A stretch of DNA of 63,751 nt, the filler included, from Octopus bimaculoides (Eukaryota), in NCBI RefSeq assembly GCF_001194135.2. It is 7 parts of 6 records of this genome, joined end to end, with 100 filler letters (N's around TTAATTAATTAA, not from the genome) between each part and the next. Parts side by side here need not be neighbours in the genome. Positions count along the whole stretch, not along the records: positions 1 to 17,047 come from NC_068984.1; positions 17,148 to 31,518 come from NC_068983.1; 5 more parts are not named here. One strand, given 5' to 3'. Below, piece by piece: positions 12,441-25,392 of this stretch. The notes below the pieces were generated by a model. It saw only the letters and a list, made by a program, of their open reading frames with translations. It had not been told where the DNA came from and did no database searches. The stretch's first letter is position 1. Each line of letters opens with the position of its first letter. A program made the position numbers and the translations under genes.

Positions 12441-14574
12441 TTTTTGTAGAGTGAGCAATCTCGTTCGTAAAAGGGATACGTAGTTTCATGAAGTTAATGG
12501 TAGTATGAGTATATTTATATCACTAATAATATTTTATACTATTCGTTAAAATAATGTCTACATTTCTCATTTGGGTTGGTGCTTTGTCTGTACTCACGTC
12601 TAGTTTACTATGTCTATAAACTTATATGCTTTTATCTGTGCTATGCGGCTGCCAACGTCCTGCCTTAAAGAGTTGTAAGAAAGGATCTGCGTATGAAGAA
12701 ATTGTATTATCCCAGTGTGAATGTTAAGTATGATGGTAAAATTGTTTAGTTTTATAATGGGGTCTTGGTTTCTGTTCTATTGCTGAATGCTTATATTTTT
12801 TGATTTAGTTACGTGACGAAACTGATTAATTTGATTGTTATGCGTAATTTTGTCTGGTGTGCTAAAGCTTTTTAATCAGGCTCTTTTGATCACTCTCGTG
12901 GAGCTGTTTGAAGTAGAATGTATTAGAGACAACTATGATGAAATATAGCTAAATGCAAAACTTCTTATGTGCTTTATTTTACTAAAAGTAGCAAGATAAA
13001 TAAGTAAACACAACAATAAATATAATCAAGAATACATAATACGTATTTTATTATCATTTACTAAATAGAAGAATAAACACATCAGTTACATAAACTTGAA
13101 TTGAATTTAGATTTATGTAAGAGTTCACAATGCTTATAATATTTGTATATGCGAATTTAACAGATCATTTTATTCGTTTAGTAGTGTTATACGATTTCAC
13201 CTTCTCAGTGAAAATATTATTTATGTAAGCAATTACCTTTGCAGGGTATTTAAATACAATTCATGCATTTGATAATTCAGCATATAAATCAGTTTATGAA
13301 TAATGGTTTGTGGCCATTTGATGAAAGTGAGTATTTGACAAAATGGCCGAGGGGAATTTACATGTTCAGTTAGGAAACAATGCGGAACAAATGCCTAGAG
13401 ATATTTATATATTCTTTTGATCTTAATGGTGCCAGACGTCAACTTTGACTAGAAGGGGAATCGTCGATAGCCTATAGAGGGGTTTCGATAAAATTACTGC
13501 AAAGTAAAATGATTTGTTAGTCAGTTCATTGTTCCAGTAATTAGTGTTGTCTTAACTCCGCTGAAATCCATTATTTACGGATATGTGGAAGTCAGGTTTA
13601 TGTCACAGGAAGCTATTGTAACATTAGTAATCTATAACAGGAAGGCTTGGAAGCGTCAAGGGAGAAACGGCACTGCATGTCAAAAATGTTTAATGTTAGG
13701 TGTCTTTGGAGCTTTGTGATTTATATATTTTTAATAGCCGTGGTGATTCCAACTACAACCAACCAAAGAAGTTTGTAAATACTTGCGACATTATTGTCTG
13801 AAAGTAGAATAGTAGAAAGTAAATGGCCTGAAAATAAAACACTTGTGTTGTAAGTAAAAGTAACGTTTTCTTAAAATAATTTTATGATAATTAGATAATT
13901 ATAACTAAAGTTTTAGCAAATGACTTATAGAAAAATATATGTACAATAGATACAGAAATCAAATATCTATAGGAATAAACTAGAACCGGATACGAGATCA
14001 AAGAGTCTGCGTGTGGCAAAATATTTTACAATAATATAACTGCGAAAGTAATTTGTCTGACACATATTGAAACAAAGAAGACAATAGCCAGACGGCACAT
14101 CGATGCATATAATTAGTGAGGGGTATGAGCTGTCAAGTTTGTAAGGTTAGTAATTTCTACAAAGTGTTTTGTGCAGTGTCTGTTACTTGAACTGTTTTAG
14201 AATGAACCATTTTGGGGTCTTTCGGCGGCGAGTTCTGTTTGTTTGTGAGGTAGATGTACAAGCTCCAGAAAGTGATTTCAATGTACTTGTTATGAATGAG
14301 GGGTAAATCATGGGTACTGACAGCGATAGTTAATATAGAAATGGCGGAACATTGACCTGTAGGTTGACATGAAAACACCACGTAGTTCGGGAAGTTAGGG
14401 GTAGAATGTGAATATTTGGTGCATAGACGCAGGATGAGAACAATCAGATGACATGATATCTTCCAATATAATAAATACATCAAAGGTATTTGGAAACACT
14501 AAAGCACGCAACATTCGGCCCTGGGGTCACTCTGTAACTTGTCACTTATTAATAAAAAAAACGCTTACACACGC

Positions 14575-14636
14575 AGACTCAGACACACACACAGACACAC
14601 AGACACACACAGACACACACACACACACACACACAC

Positions 14637-14683
<47 letters not shown>

Positions 14684-14812
14684 NNNNNNNNNNNNNNNNN
14701 NNNNNNNNNNNNNNNNNNNNNNNNNNNNNNNNNNNNNNNNNNNNNNNNNNNNNNNNNNNNNNNNNNNNNNNNNNNNNNNNNNNNNNNNNNNNNNNNNNNN
14801 NNNNNNNNNNNN

Positions 14813-14858
<46 letters not shown>
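14575..14858. repeat. (CA)n and (TATC)n microsatellites flanking an N gap
   Basis: Direct observation. Confidence 0.95.
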
Positions 14859-14859
<1 letters not shown>

Positions 14860-14894
14860 AACCCCTAGCAATGACACTTAGGAAAGTTAAGATG

Positions 14895-15500
14895 GGTTAC
14901 CGATGTGAGAAGAAATGCCCATCATTGAACCATCTTGTGTTTATGGATGAACTGAAATTGGTTGGGAAATCTGAAAAATAGGTTTCTTAAAAAAACCAGT
15001 CCAGAATTGTAGTAGAGACATCGGTATAGAATTAGGGATGAACCAAATGCTCAGTACTTAATATGAAAAGAGGGAAGAAAGGATCCTCCAAAGGATTGCA
15101 TTTAACATGAGGAGAAACCATGAGTGGAACCCGACCGTAGTGGGCATAGATATTTAGGGATTTTAGCGCTGGATGACATTCTACTCAAAGAAATGAAAGT
15201 CAAGGTCAGAGAGGCGTAGCAAAGAAAGGATGAAGATGGTGTTCAAAACCAACCTTCATGCCAAACATTTAATTGCCGTAATGATTACCTGAGCAGTTGC
15301 GGTGGTCAAATATAGTGCGTCCATCCTGAAATGGACTAAGGAGGAAATATCAACACTGAATAGAAAGACGAGAAAGTTGATGATACTGCATGAGGCACAC
15401 ACCCTAAAGCAAAAGTAAACAGACTGTAAATGAAAAGAAAGAATGGTAGAAGGGGACTACTTAGTATAGACAATTGTATAAGGAGTGAAAGGAGAACTCT
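14895..15500 (+). mobile_element. R4/Dong-type RT fragment (YMDD region through thumb), decayed
   Basis: LNHLVFMDELKLVGKSE, DIGIELG, AVAVVKYSASILKWTKEEISTLNRKTRKLMILHEAHTPKAKVNRL*MKRKNGRRGLLSI; homologous to 46200-46950 on the minus strand. Confidence 0.8.
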
Positions 15501-16783
15501 TGCCGATGATGCTAATGATAATGGTGATGATGATGTTTTTAAATAGACACAATTACCATGGGATTTATAATTGTGGGCTTCTACCATCCCTCTTCTCTTG
15601 AATAATGTCAAGCTGTGTAATTTCTGCTGTTCCTCCGAATCCTGTCTTCTAACCACTTCATCCACAAATGATTTGGCAGGATATCTTCTTTCATACCCAT
15701 AATCACTCCCAAGTCATAGTTACTCGTTCTCCATTAAAGCTCTGTAGGACATGAGATTTGACCTTCCACCGACTCAGCTATCCGGCGAAGAGAATGCTGT
15801 GAGCGTATAGCTATGTGCATTAGATTACCTCTCCAAACCTTTCACCTAACGATTCTGCCAACTAGCCGCCTTAGGCTTTCAAAATGTTGAAAACAGCTAA
15901 ATACTACTGGTCGGAAATAGTGATATATTTGTAATTGTCTTATTTATACGTGTCTCTGTATAATCATTACAAATCTCACACTTATATTTGATACACAGAC
16001 TTCCACAAAAAGAGGGTAACATTTAACAAACCATTCACGTTGAAATGTGTTTGACTTCAAACATCCTTCGAAGGTAATGCATAATTTATTTTGATTCATA
16101 AATCATGATCAACTACTTCCTTAAAACATGACAGCACTTTTTGTAGTGAAAACACTTGAAATCTGAATCAATTTAATATCTGTGTTGTAATTTCGTGAAA
16201 CTAAACATATCTTGCATTTTCGATACGGAACACAGGATAGTGTAAAGAAATATACCAGAACATTTAAGGTATATATTTCTGTAACGTGTTTAGGCTCAGT
16301 CGAATGAGACTTGTCTGAAGATACGTAAGTTTGTTGAGCCGGATTAAACTAAGTTTCTCAATAATCAGACTGTGGGAGTGAAGAAGAGAGAGGGAGAGAG
16401 ATAGAAAGAGAGAGAGAGAGAGAAGAAAGAAAGAAAGAGAGAGAAGGAGAGAGTATCTAAGATATCTCACTCGTAGACTAGTGAAATCGATGCGAGACAA
16501 ATGTTAATTTTAAACTTGGGTACGTCAACATTGTAGAAAAGCAGGACACGGGGAAATAGTTCTGGAGAAGATGAATTGAATTGGGTGTTTATTGCTGTTT
16601 TCTCTTCTGTGTGTTACGTCTATAAATCCCATTTCTACGCAGCCGATCATATGTTTGGGTTGTGTTACTATCTTGCTTTCATTATGTCTAATTTTATTTT
16701 TATTAGCATCTCTTTATGCTTATTGGTGACAACATAAGATATGTGAGCTTTATTTGTAGTGTATGCTCATGTCTGTGTCTGTG

Positions 16784-16821
<38 letters not shown>

Positions 16822-16822
<1 letters not shown>

Positions 16823-17022
16823 GTGAGCTGGCAGAAACGTTAGCACGCCGGGCGAAGTGCTTTGCGGTTTTTCGTCTGTTCTGAGTTCAAATTCCGCAGA
16901 GGTAGACTTTGCCTTTCATCCTTTCAGGGTCGATAAATTAAGCAGCAGTTGCGTACTGGGGTCGATTTAATCGACCTGCCCCTTTCCCTCAAAATATCGG
17001 GCTTTGTGTCTAGAGTAGAAGA
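16822..17022 (+). mobile_element. SINE family A
   Basis: gagctggcagaaacgttagcacgccgggcgaa...gagttcaaattccgc...ggggtcgatttaatcgac. Confidence 0.88.
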
Positions 17023-17047
17023 GTATGTGTATATATGTATATATATA

Positions 17048-17147
17048 NNNNNNNNNNNNNNNNNNNNNNNNNNNNNNNNNNNNNNNNNNNNTTAATTAAT
17101 TAANNNNNNNNNNNNNNNNNNNNNNNNNNNNNNNNNNNNNNNNNNNN
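17048..17147. other. Artificial 100-bp scaffold spacer: 44 N + TTAATTAATTAA + 44 N
   Basis: Same structure at 31519-31618, 51700-51799, 53987-54086, 56262-56361 and 61426-61525. Confidence 0.95.
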
Positions 17148-17280
17148 AGCTTAGGAACATACAATGGTGACAGATTTACAAAATCATTAGGTTTCGAACA
17201 AAAATTTACTGCTTTACTGCATTTGTTCTGGTGAGTTCAAATCCAGGTAGAAATTTTTATCATCATCATCATCATCATCA

Positions 17281-17326
<46 letters not shown>

Positions 17327-17726
17327 GGCATTCATCTTTCTGAGCGCGATTAAAAATTTAGTACAAGCCTAGTAACTGACGTCAGTTGTAATCGACTGTC
17401 GACGATCTGTACCAACATGCAGTGAGTGAGTTGACATGATACAGTAGAGAGCAAAATGGCCAACCAACCGTGACGCTTGTCAACAGTTGAAGTGACACGC
17501 AAGGATGAGATTTTACTTCTCTCACAACAATATTATATACCTCTAATACTCAGTAATATTACCAACGCAACACACAGACGTATGCACAAACCGTCTCGGT
17601 TACTCACGAATACACAGACACACTCCCTCGAGAAGCGGACGTCCTTAAGAGGGTCATAGCAAAATAAATAAAAGTTCGGCTGTATACAGTTAATATTTTT
17701 CACTATCCTTTTTTAACTAAAAGTTA

Positions 17727-17958
17727 AGCGGCGAGCTGGTAGAATCGTTAGCGCGCCGGACAAATTGCTTAGCGGCATTTCATCCGTCTTTATTTTTTTT
17801 TTTTTTTTTTTTTGTGTGTGTTCAAATTCCACCGAGGTCGACTTTGCCTTTCATCCATTTGAGGTCGATAAAGTACCATTTCTGTACTGGGGGCGATGTA
17901 ATCAACCTACCCACATCCTCAAAATTTCAGGCCTTGTGCCTATAGTAGAAAGGAATAT
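17727..17958 (+). mobile_element. SINE family A
   Basis: gcggcgagctggtagaatcgttagcgcgccgg...gttcaaattccaccgaggtcgactttgcc...aggccttgtgcctatagtagaaagg. Confidence 0.88.
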
Positions 17959-18954
17959 AAATTTTCTGTAAGAAGGCTAAAAAGGAATGCGGGAGGGAGA
18001 TAAAAAAAAAGATAATTTACTGCCAGTTCATGTGTATATGGTTGTATATTATTTTCCGGTTAATATTAATTTTATGCTAACAAACAATAGGTAGTTCAGA
18101 GTTATAATTTACAGGGTGTGACCTGAAGCATGTCTAAATAAATCAGTATGTTTGTAATGGTTTGTACGCCTGTCTTACGTAAACTTTTTGTTTTTATTTT
18201 TACTTATCTTTCAAAGTAATAAATTAAAATCTTGTAGTCATTCACATTCAGACGTGCAGACAAATAAAGGCGGTAACATTTGCTATAAAATAACTTAAAT
18301 ACTTATGTTGTCATTGATGGAAAATGATATCACACATCTCCATAATAAACCTATTCCCATTGACAAAGCGTTATTGGTGATGACATGATATCTTAAGCTT
18401 TTGTGATATCCTGTCATTATTTTAAATATCTGATTTATCAAACATTCTTCTGAAATTTCTACGTCATGCCTTATACATATATATAGACATATGTACATTC
18501 TGATTTAATACCTGCTTCCGTTATGTTAATATGCTGTTGTTGTTTAACTCCAAGTCACCCTTGCTACAACGTATCTATGATCAAAGATGTTACAGTCTTG
18601 ACCATCCTATCATTTGATCAAGTATAATGAATCTACGACTACATTATCTTGCATTGTCTATTTTAGACAACAGTGTGAGCTGAAGGATATCTAGTTGCTA
18701 TTTCAGGCAGAGTGGTCGATCATATAGAGAAGTCAAAGGCAAATTGCAGCCCGCAAAACTTTCTGAATGGTACACTTAACGAAAATTTACCTTGGATTTC
18801 TTTTCTTTCTAAGTAGTGCAGCCGCCTGATGCTGAGTCATGTCTCATGCGGTCCGCTTCTCGAACAAGATTGCCTGTCCCTGATATGGAGACTTTCTAAT
18901 AATATTTATTTGTTTGGTAATGATTGAAAACATTTTCTTCGTTACATTTAACAG

Positions 18955-19128
18955 CTAGAGTTTCGTCTGTCTCCACGTTCTGAATTCAAATTCTGCGGAG
19001 ATGGACTTTGCCTTTCATCCCTTTCGGAGCCGATAAAATAAGTGCCAGTTGAGCACTGAGGTCGATGTAATAGACTTACCCACTCCCCCGAAATTGATGG
19101 CCTTGTGCAAAAATTCGAATGCAATATT
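18955..19128 (+). mobile_element. SINE family A, 5'-truncated
   Basis: ttctgaattcaaattctgcggag...actttgcctttcatcc...gaggtcgatgtaat...ggccttgtgc. Confidence 0.8.
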
Positions 19129-19778
19129 TAATAGCTAGGGATAACTAAAAAAAAAATAATAAATAAATAAAAGACTAGGACTGTGGATTGATGAATTTTG
19201 CAAGTAGGCTAGGAATTTTGTATAAAATAATTTGGCTGGTAGTGATTTTGAAGACATGGAAGATTTAAAATGGTGCTAATATATGAGAATGGGTGTAAGT
19301 TTATCATAATTATGTACACTGTAGACAGATATCATTTCAGACGTCAACAGTAGAAGGCTTGAATGATAAGTGTTGAAAATCTGTTCAGCAAGGTTCCGAA
19401 TGTATATGTAGGCGCATACATACACACAGACACATGCGCTGTGTGTGTATGTGCGCGCGTATATATGTATATGTATATATATGTGCATATGTATATATAA
19501 ATATATATATATATATANNNNNNNNNNNNNNNNNNNNNNNNNNNNNNNNNNNNNNNNNNNNNNNNNNNNNNNNNNNNNNNNNNNNNNNNNNNNNNNNNNN
19601 NNNNNNNNNNNNNNNNNNNNNNNNNNNNNNNNNNNNNNNNNNNNNNNNNNNNNNNNNNNNNNNNNNNNNNNNNNNNNNNNNNNNNNNNNNNNNNNNNNNN
19701 NNNNNNNNNNNNNNNNNNNNNNNNNNNNNNNNNNNNNNNNNNNNNNNNNNNNNNNNNNNNNNNNNNNNNNNNNNNNAT

Positions 19779-20047
19779 GTGCGTATCCGGCAAGGGATGG
19801 TGACGAACCTTGCTGTACTCTTTCACCACAACTTTCTCTCACTCTTTCTTCCTGTTTCTGTTGTACCTGTATTTCAAAGAGCCAGCCTTGTCACAGTGTC
19901 ACGCTGAATATCCCCGAGAACTACGTTAAGGGTTCACGTGTCTGTGGAATGCTCAGCCACTTACACGTTAATTTCACGAGCAGGCTGTTCCGTTGATCGG
20001 ATCAACTGGAACCCTCGACGTCGTAAGCGACGGAGTGCCGACAACAA
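19779..20047 (+). mobile_element. SINE family B, 3' portion (5' end lost in the gap)
   Basis: Reverse complement of the body of 9516-9780; ends cgacggagtgccgacaacaa. Confidence 0.9.
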
Positions 20048-20341
20048 ACATGGTGAGAAACGTGTTTCACAGACAGCTCTATTGGCGAACACTGGCAAAG
20101 GCCACTGTCTGAATTCGTATAAACTTTGGTAAGCCTAAAAACATTCAATCGCTAGATCAGTGGTTCCCATGCGACCTGTATATTTTCCTCATTTCCAAAT
20201 ACAATAAATACATGCGTCATATGCTCTTCAGTTTACATGGTGAGAAACGTGTTTCACAGACAGCACTATCGGCGAACAACAGCAAACACCACTGTATGAA
20301 TTCGTAAAGAGGCCTAAAAAACATTTAGTTAATCACTAGAT

Positions 20342-20459
20342 CAGTGGTCCCCAAACTTTTTTTGTTGCGGAATCCTTCGACATTATTTTTAAAAACGTGG
20401 AAACCCTGACAACTTTCGAGGAACCCTGGAGTTTGCAGAACACACTTTAGGAATCCTTG
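20342..20459. mobile_element. Short hAT-type MITE-like element
   Basis: Left end CAGTGGTCCCCAAACTTTTT is typical of hAT (Charlie-like) MITE ends; degenerate right end tttaggaatccttg; no clear 8-bp TSD. Confidence 0.45.
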
Positions 20460-20799
20460 CTCCAAATTAACAACTCTTCACCATATTATGGACATTTACT
20501 GGTAACTGTACAAGACATCCTGCAACTTTTTTCTTTCAATTCTGTAGGGGACAACATATTAGGAGATATAATTATGAGATATAAACTGATTTCACTCAGC
20601 TAGTCTGTTATGTTTGATGGATACAAATAAAAGAGAAAGTGTAAATATTTATAAGAGTTACGCGATCTTGTTTATGGGTTTTGTTATTTACTAGGACGTG
20701 TGTTTTGATGCATAGAATTGGCAATATTACTGTAATTCATTGGGTTTTTGTTTTTATTCCTTTAGAGACCAGTTGGGCTCCTGCTGCCGATACGGTACT

Positions 20800-20915
20800 T
20801 CGGATTCTAGCTTGAATTACACCCTCTCAAAAGTAGTATCCATGTAATAGTCGACCCCATAAATTTGATCTTAAAAAAACGGTCTAAAAAACTCGACTTT
20901 TACATGAGTATATAC

Positions 20916-20918
<3 letters not shown>
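20800..20918. mobile_element. Terminal fragment of a pogo/Tc1-mariner-type non-autonomous element
   Basis: Ends tcgacttttacatgagtatatacggt, the reverse complement of an ACCGTATATACTC-type terminus; partner end not seen. Confidence 0.45.
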
Positions 20919-20949
<31 letters not shown>

Positions 20950-21104
20950 NNNNNNNNNNGTATGGGTGTGTGTTATACAGACATGACAGAAGTAAATAGA
21001 TACCCCATAAAACATCGTTTTATGTTTATTCTAACTTGTAAAGGTTTATATTTTTTATTAATTGACATTTTTATGTTTCAGATTCTATATGTGACTGTTT
21101 AATC

Positions 21105-22112
21105 ATGCCATATCCAATAGGAGCCTTGAAATTGTCTGAATTTCAAAGAGGCCATATTGTATCAAACTGAAGGTAGACACAATCAGCGTAAAATCGCAGA
21201 AAACCTTGGGATCCCGCTTTCTACAGTTAATAGAGTGATTGTGCAATTCACTAGAGAGGGGAAGGAGTCCACATTACCTTGCCCAGGTTGACCAGGGCTC
21301 TCTGACAGGACCTTTCTCTTTGTTAAGAGAAGAGTGGAGGATAATCCTCGTTGCAAGGCATCTGACATAGCAAAACACGTTGATGTCAGTCTCAGAACAG
21401 CTGTCAGGTATCTCAACAAACTTGGTTACCATGGCAGAGCAGCAAGAAGGAAACCACTTCTTTGACCAGCCATTATCAAGCGGAGAAAAAATTGGGCCAG
21501 TGAGATGGTGGAGAGACCACTAGCATTTTGGGACACTGTCATATTCTCCAGTGAGTCTAGATTTGCTGTATTTTCTGACAGTGGGTTTGGAGACTCTTTG
21601 ATCAAGAATTTGACGTGAAAAGATTGCAGCCAACAATGAAACATGGAAGCTATCCTGTGATGGTCTGGGGAGCAATTTGGAGCAATGGTCAATCAGAGCT
21701 GGTAGAGTGTGAGGGAAATATAAACTCAGATAAATATATATTCATGTTGCAGAACGGACTCCTTCCAATATTTTCCAGTAGTGAAATGATTAAAGAAGAC
21801 TATTTATTTATGGAAGATGGGGCTCTTTGTCACACGGCTAAAGTGACCCAAGATTTGTTGGATGAGAATGGAATTAAAAAGCTTCCATGGTCAAGCCAAT
21901 CACCAGATATGAACCCTATTGATCACCTCTGGGGCATAATGGACAGGACACTTCATAAAAAGAACAAGAAACCATCTTCAAAACCAGATCTTTTGAGATT
22001 ACTGTATGAAACTTGGCAAGAAATTCCGCAAGAGAATATTCATCTGATCAGTAACATGTTTAATAGGGTCCTTGCATTGAAAAATGCAAAGGGCATGTCT
22101 ACTAAATATTAG
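21105..22112 (+). pseudogene. Tc1-family (DD34E) transposase, frameshifted with in-frame stops
   Basis: HTH region [64 protein letters not shown]...WSSQSPDMNPIDHLW with 34 residues between the second and third acidic positions. Candidate left end tacagacatgacagaag at ~20975; no matching right TIR found. Confidence 0.92.
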
Positions 22113-22217
22113 ATATTCACATTATAACAATTAATAAATAAAGAATAAAAGTTTTGAATAGTACAACATTGCACTATAATACAAACAATAGGCTATATAC
22201 CTGTTGTAATTTAGTCA

Positions 22218-22274
22218 TCCATAGTCTGATAATATTTCGGAATAAAATTCCTTCTTCAGATATTCTTAGATGGA
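22218..22274 (-). ncRNA. Minimal type I hammerhead ribozyme motif (Penelope-like), stem I partly decayed
   Basis: UCCAU..UAU-CUGAAGA-A-GGAAU-UUU-AUUCC-GAAA-UAUUA-UC-AGACU-AUGGA; intact core, perfect 5-bp stem II, AUC triplet. Confidence 0.6.
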
Positions 22275-22389
22275 GTCGCTGCAATAATCGGTTTTCCAAC
22301 GTCTCATGAGAAGTGCGTGAGGTCGGCCATGTCTCAATCGCATGTGTGCTGGTAAATCTGTAACACTGCTTCTAAGTTTTGTATTATAC

Positions 22390-23835
22390 GTGCATGCTAA
22401 AAATTATAGGCCTATCTCTCTGCCCTCACGCACCAGCAAAGTCATGGAACGAATAGTCCGAAGGAAATTAATTGTATTCCTTGAAGAGAACGACATGCTG
22501 ACTGACACCCAGCATGTTTGCGACCAGTTAGGAACTGCCTGGCACAGCTCTTGCAGCATTACGACTGGGTGCCAAAGCAGTTGCTCAACAACTCAAATGT
22601 GGATGTGATATACGTCGACTTTTCAAAAGCCCTTGACAAAGTCGACCATGATATGATTTGTCAGTCTCCCAAATCTTGGCATATTTGCAAAACGTGGAGA
22701 ATGGCTACATGACTTTCTAAAAGATAGAAGTCAAGCAGTGGTGGTCAATGGGGCCATCTGACCACCTCCAAGGAAACACATAATGAGTGGTGTTCCACAG
22801 ATCACTGTCCTGGGCCACTGCTATTCATAGTGACCCTCTCTGACATACCCTCAGCTGCTGAAGTAGCTACCCTTGCTAGCTATGCAGACGATACAAAAGT
22901 CTCTCAGAGGATCGAAACCATGGAGACATTGTGCATCTGCGACGTGGGTGGGACGCAGTATACAGGTGGGCTGAGGAAAACAACATGCAGTTTAATGCTG
23001 TAAAATTCCAAGCTCTGCGCAACCAACACAGGAAGCTCAATGAAAAGCAGATAGGATACATTGTCCCAGGAGTGATTCCAATCCTCGAATCAAAATCAGT
23101 GCGTGACCTGGGCATCGACATGAGTAATGGTGCATCTTTACAGGTGCACATTTCCAAGTTGGCAATAAAATGCAGACGTCTGGCCGGGTGGATCCTTCGA
23201 ACTTTCAAAAAAGAGAAAAGAAAACCATGATGGTCCTCTGGAGGACTTTTGTTCTCAGCCGTCTGGATTACTGCTCCCAACTGTGGTCACCAAACAATGT
23301 AAAATTAACGACGGAACTCGAGGCGATCCAGCGAAGCTACACAAGGAAGATCGATACAATGCAACATATCAGCTACAGAGAGAGACTAAAAGAGTTAAGA
23401 CTCTACTCTTTGGAGCGAAGGCGGGAAAGACATGCAGTAATATACATCTGGAAAATCCTACAAAAACTTGTTCCAAACTTTGGCATTGTCACTTAGGCAA
23501 ACTGCCGGACAGGGCACTACTGCATGGTGCTAAAGGTCCCAACATTGCCATCAGGATACAAGACCAGATACTGCAACAGCTTGGTTTTCAAAGCCCACAG
23601 CTCTTCAATATCCTCCCACAAAGCCTGAGAGACCTGCATGGCGTGGATGTAGGCGTTTTCAAAACAAAACTAGATCTCCTTCTGTCAAGAGTTCCGGATG
23701 AACCTACCTCTAGGCAAGAAACACAGATGAGGGCAGCGACGTCAAACTCCTACATCCACAAAATGTCATACATCAAAAGAGGTTTAGTGTAAACGGTGGT
23801 GCCCCAACATGGCCGCAGTTCTTGGACTAACTGAG
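22390..23835 (+). mobile_element. CR1/L2 (Jockey-group) LINE, 5'-truncated; RT to 3' end, frameshifted
   Basis: NYRPISL..SKVMERIV, VDVIYVDFSKALDKVDH, SGVPQ..LGPLLF, SYADDTK, VRDLGI, LSRLDYCSQLWSP, YRERLKELRLYSLERRRER across ORFs 22342-23792. Confidence 0.93.
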
Positions 23836-23853
23836 AGAAAAAAATATATATGG

Positions 23854-23891
23854 ATGTGTGTGTATGAGTGTGTGTGTGTGTTTGTGTGTAT

Positions 23892-23960
<69 letters not shown>

Positions 23961-24443
23961 NNNNNNNNNNNNNNNNNNNNNNNNNNNNNNNNNNNNNNNN
24001 NNNNNNNNNNNNNNNNNNNNNNNNNNNNNNNNNNNNNNNNNNNNNNNNNNNNNNNNNNNNNNNNNNNNNNNNNNNNNNNNNNNNNNNNNNNNNNNNNNNN
24101 NNNNNNNNNNNNNNNNNNNNNNNNNNNNNNNNNNNNNNNNNNNNNNNNNNNNNNNNNNNNNNNNNNNNNNNNNNNNNNNNNNNNNNNNNNNNNNNNNNNN
24201 NNNNNNNNNNNNNNNNNNNNNNNNNNNNNNNNNNNNNNNNNNNNNNNNNNNNNNNNNNNNNNNNNNNNNNNNNNNNNNNNNNNNNNNNNNNNNNNNNNNN
24301 NNNNNNNNNNNNNNNNNNNNNNNNNNNNNNNNNNNNNNNNNNNNNNNNNNNNNNNNNNNNNNNNNNNNNNNNNNNNNNNNNNNNNNNNNNNNNNNNNNNN
24401 NNNNNNNNNNNNNNNNNNNNNNNNNNNNNNNNNNNNNNNNNNN

Positions 24444-24482
<39 letters not shown>

Positions 24483-24506
24483 TGTATATACATATATATT
24501 CATATT

Positions 24507-24546
<40 letters not shown>

Positions 24547-24629
24547 TGTGGTCTTTCGATTCAAACTTTTTAATACTGTAATAGTCCGGAACACAAAAAG
24601 TCAGTGTTCGATATATACAGTTATATATA

Positions 24630-24690
<61 letters not shown>
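23854..24690. repeat. (TG)n/(CA)n/(TA)n microsatellite cluster around a large N gap
   Basis: Direct observation; the listed ORFs here are repeat or N artefacts. Confidence 0.95.
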
Positions 24691-24693
<3 letters not shown>

Positions 24694-25239
24694 CTCTAGC
24701 ACACACACACACACAGAACACACATACATACATACATAACATACATAGTTGTTTACATAACTGGAAAGAATTTTAAGAATTTGTATTTGAAGTCACTTGT
24801 ACTTTCTGACTTACAATACGTTTTTTAAGTTAATCGCTAAAATTCCTTCTAAATACAATAATATATGTGTAACAACATTAAATTAACAGCAAATATAACA
24901 GAGAGTGGCGGTTTACTTTTAGCAATCAGTCCAACATCGTATAGGATTCGTAGTTTGATGTAAGAGTGTAGTCGTTAGTATTTAATTTATTGCATTGCAT
25001 CATTGCTAATTGTCCGTCATTTAAAAAAAAAACAGTAAAGCTTTAACTCTAGCGCTGTCTCAATTATATGAAGACCGTAAATAAAGAGATTACATACATT
25101 TTTGGTATAGTTCTAACTATTCAAAGACTCGTATTTTTTAAAACTCACTGAAGTAATTAGAACTTAGTGCAATATCTTAAGGTTTAGTAGTAGTAACAAG
25201 CAGGGGAGGCAGATATTTCAGTTTAATCGGAATAAATTG

Positions 25240-25392
25240 ATAATCTAGCAGTTCGGCAAAAAAGACCGATAGAATAAGTACCAGATTTAAAGAAAAGATA
25301 AGTATTGGGTTGGTTTTTTTAAACTAATTCCCTTCAAGGTGGTGCTCCAGCATAGCCGCAGTCCAATGACTGCAACAAATAAAAAACAAAAG
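25240..25392 (+). mobile_element. SINE family C, 3' part
   Basis: gttcggcaaaaaagaccgatagaataagtacc...ggtggtgctccagcatagccgcagtccaatgactg matches 34495-34625. Confidence 0.8.

Noticed and set aside
21826-21933. Tc1 catalytic region reads D..34..D (NPIDHLW) instead of D..34..E
   Set aside because: A single-base change (GAA to GAT) in a copy that has stops, frameshifts and a mutated first D; not evidence of a new family.
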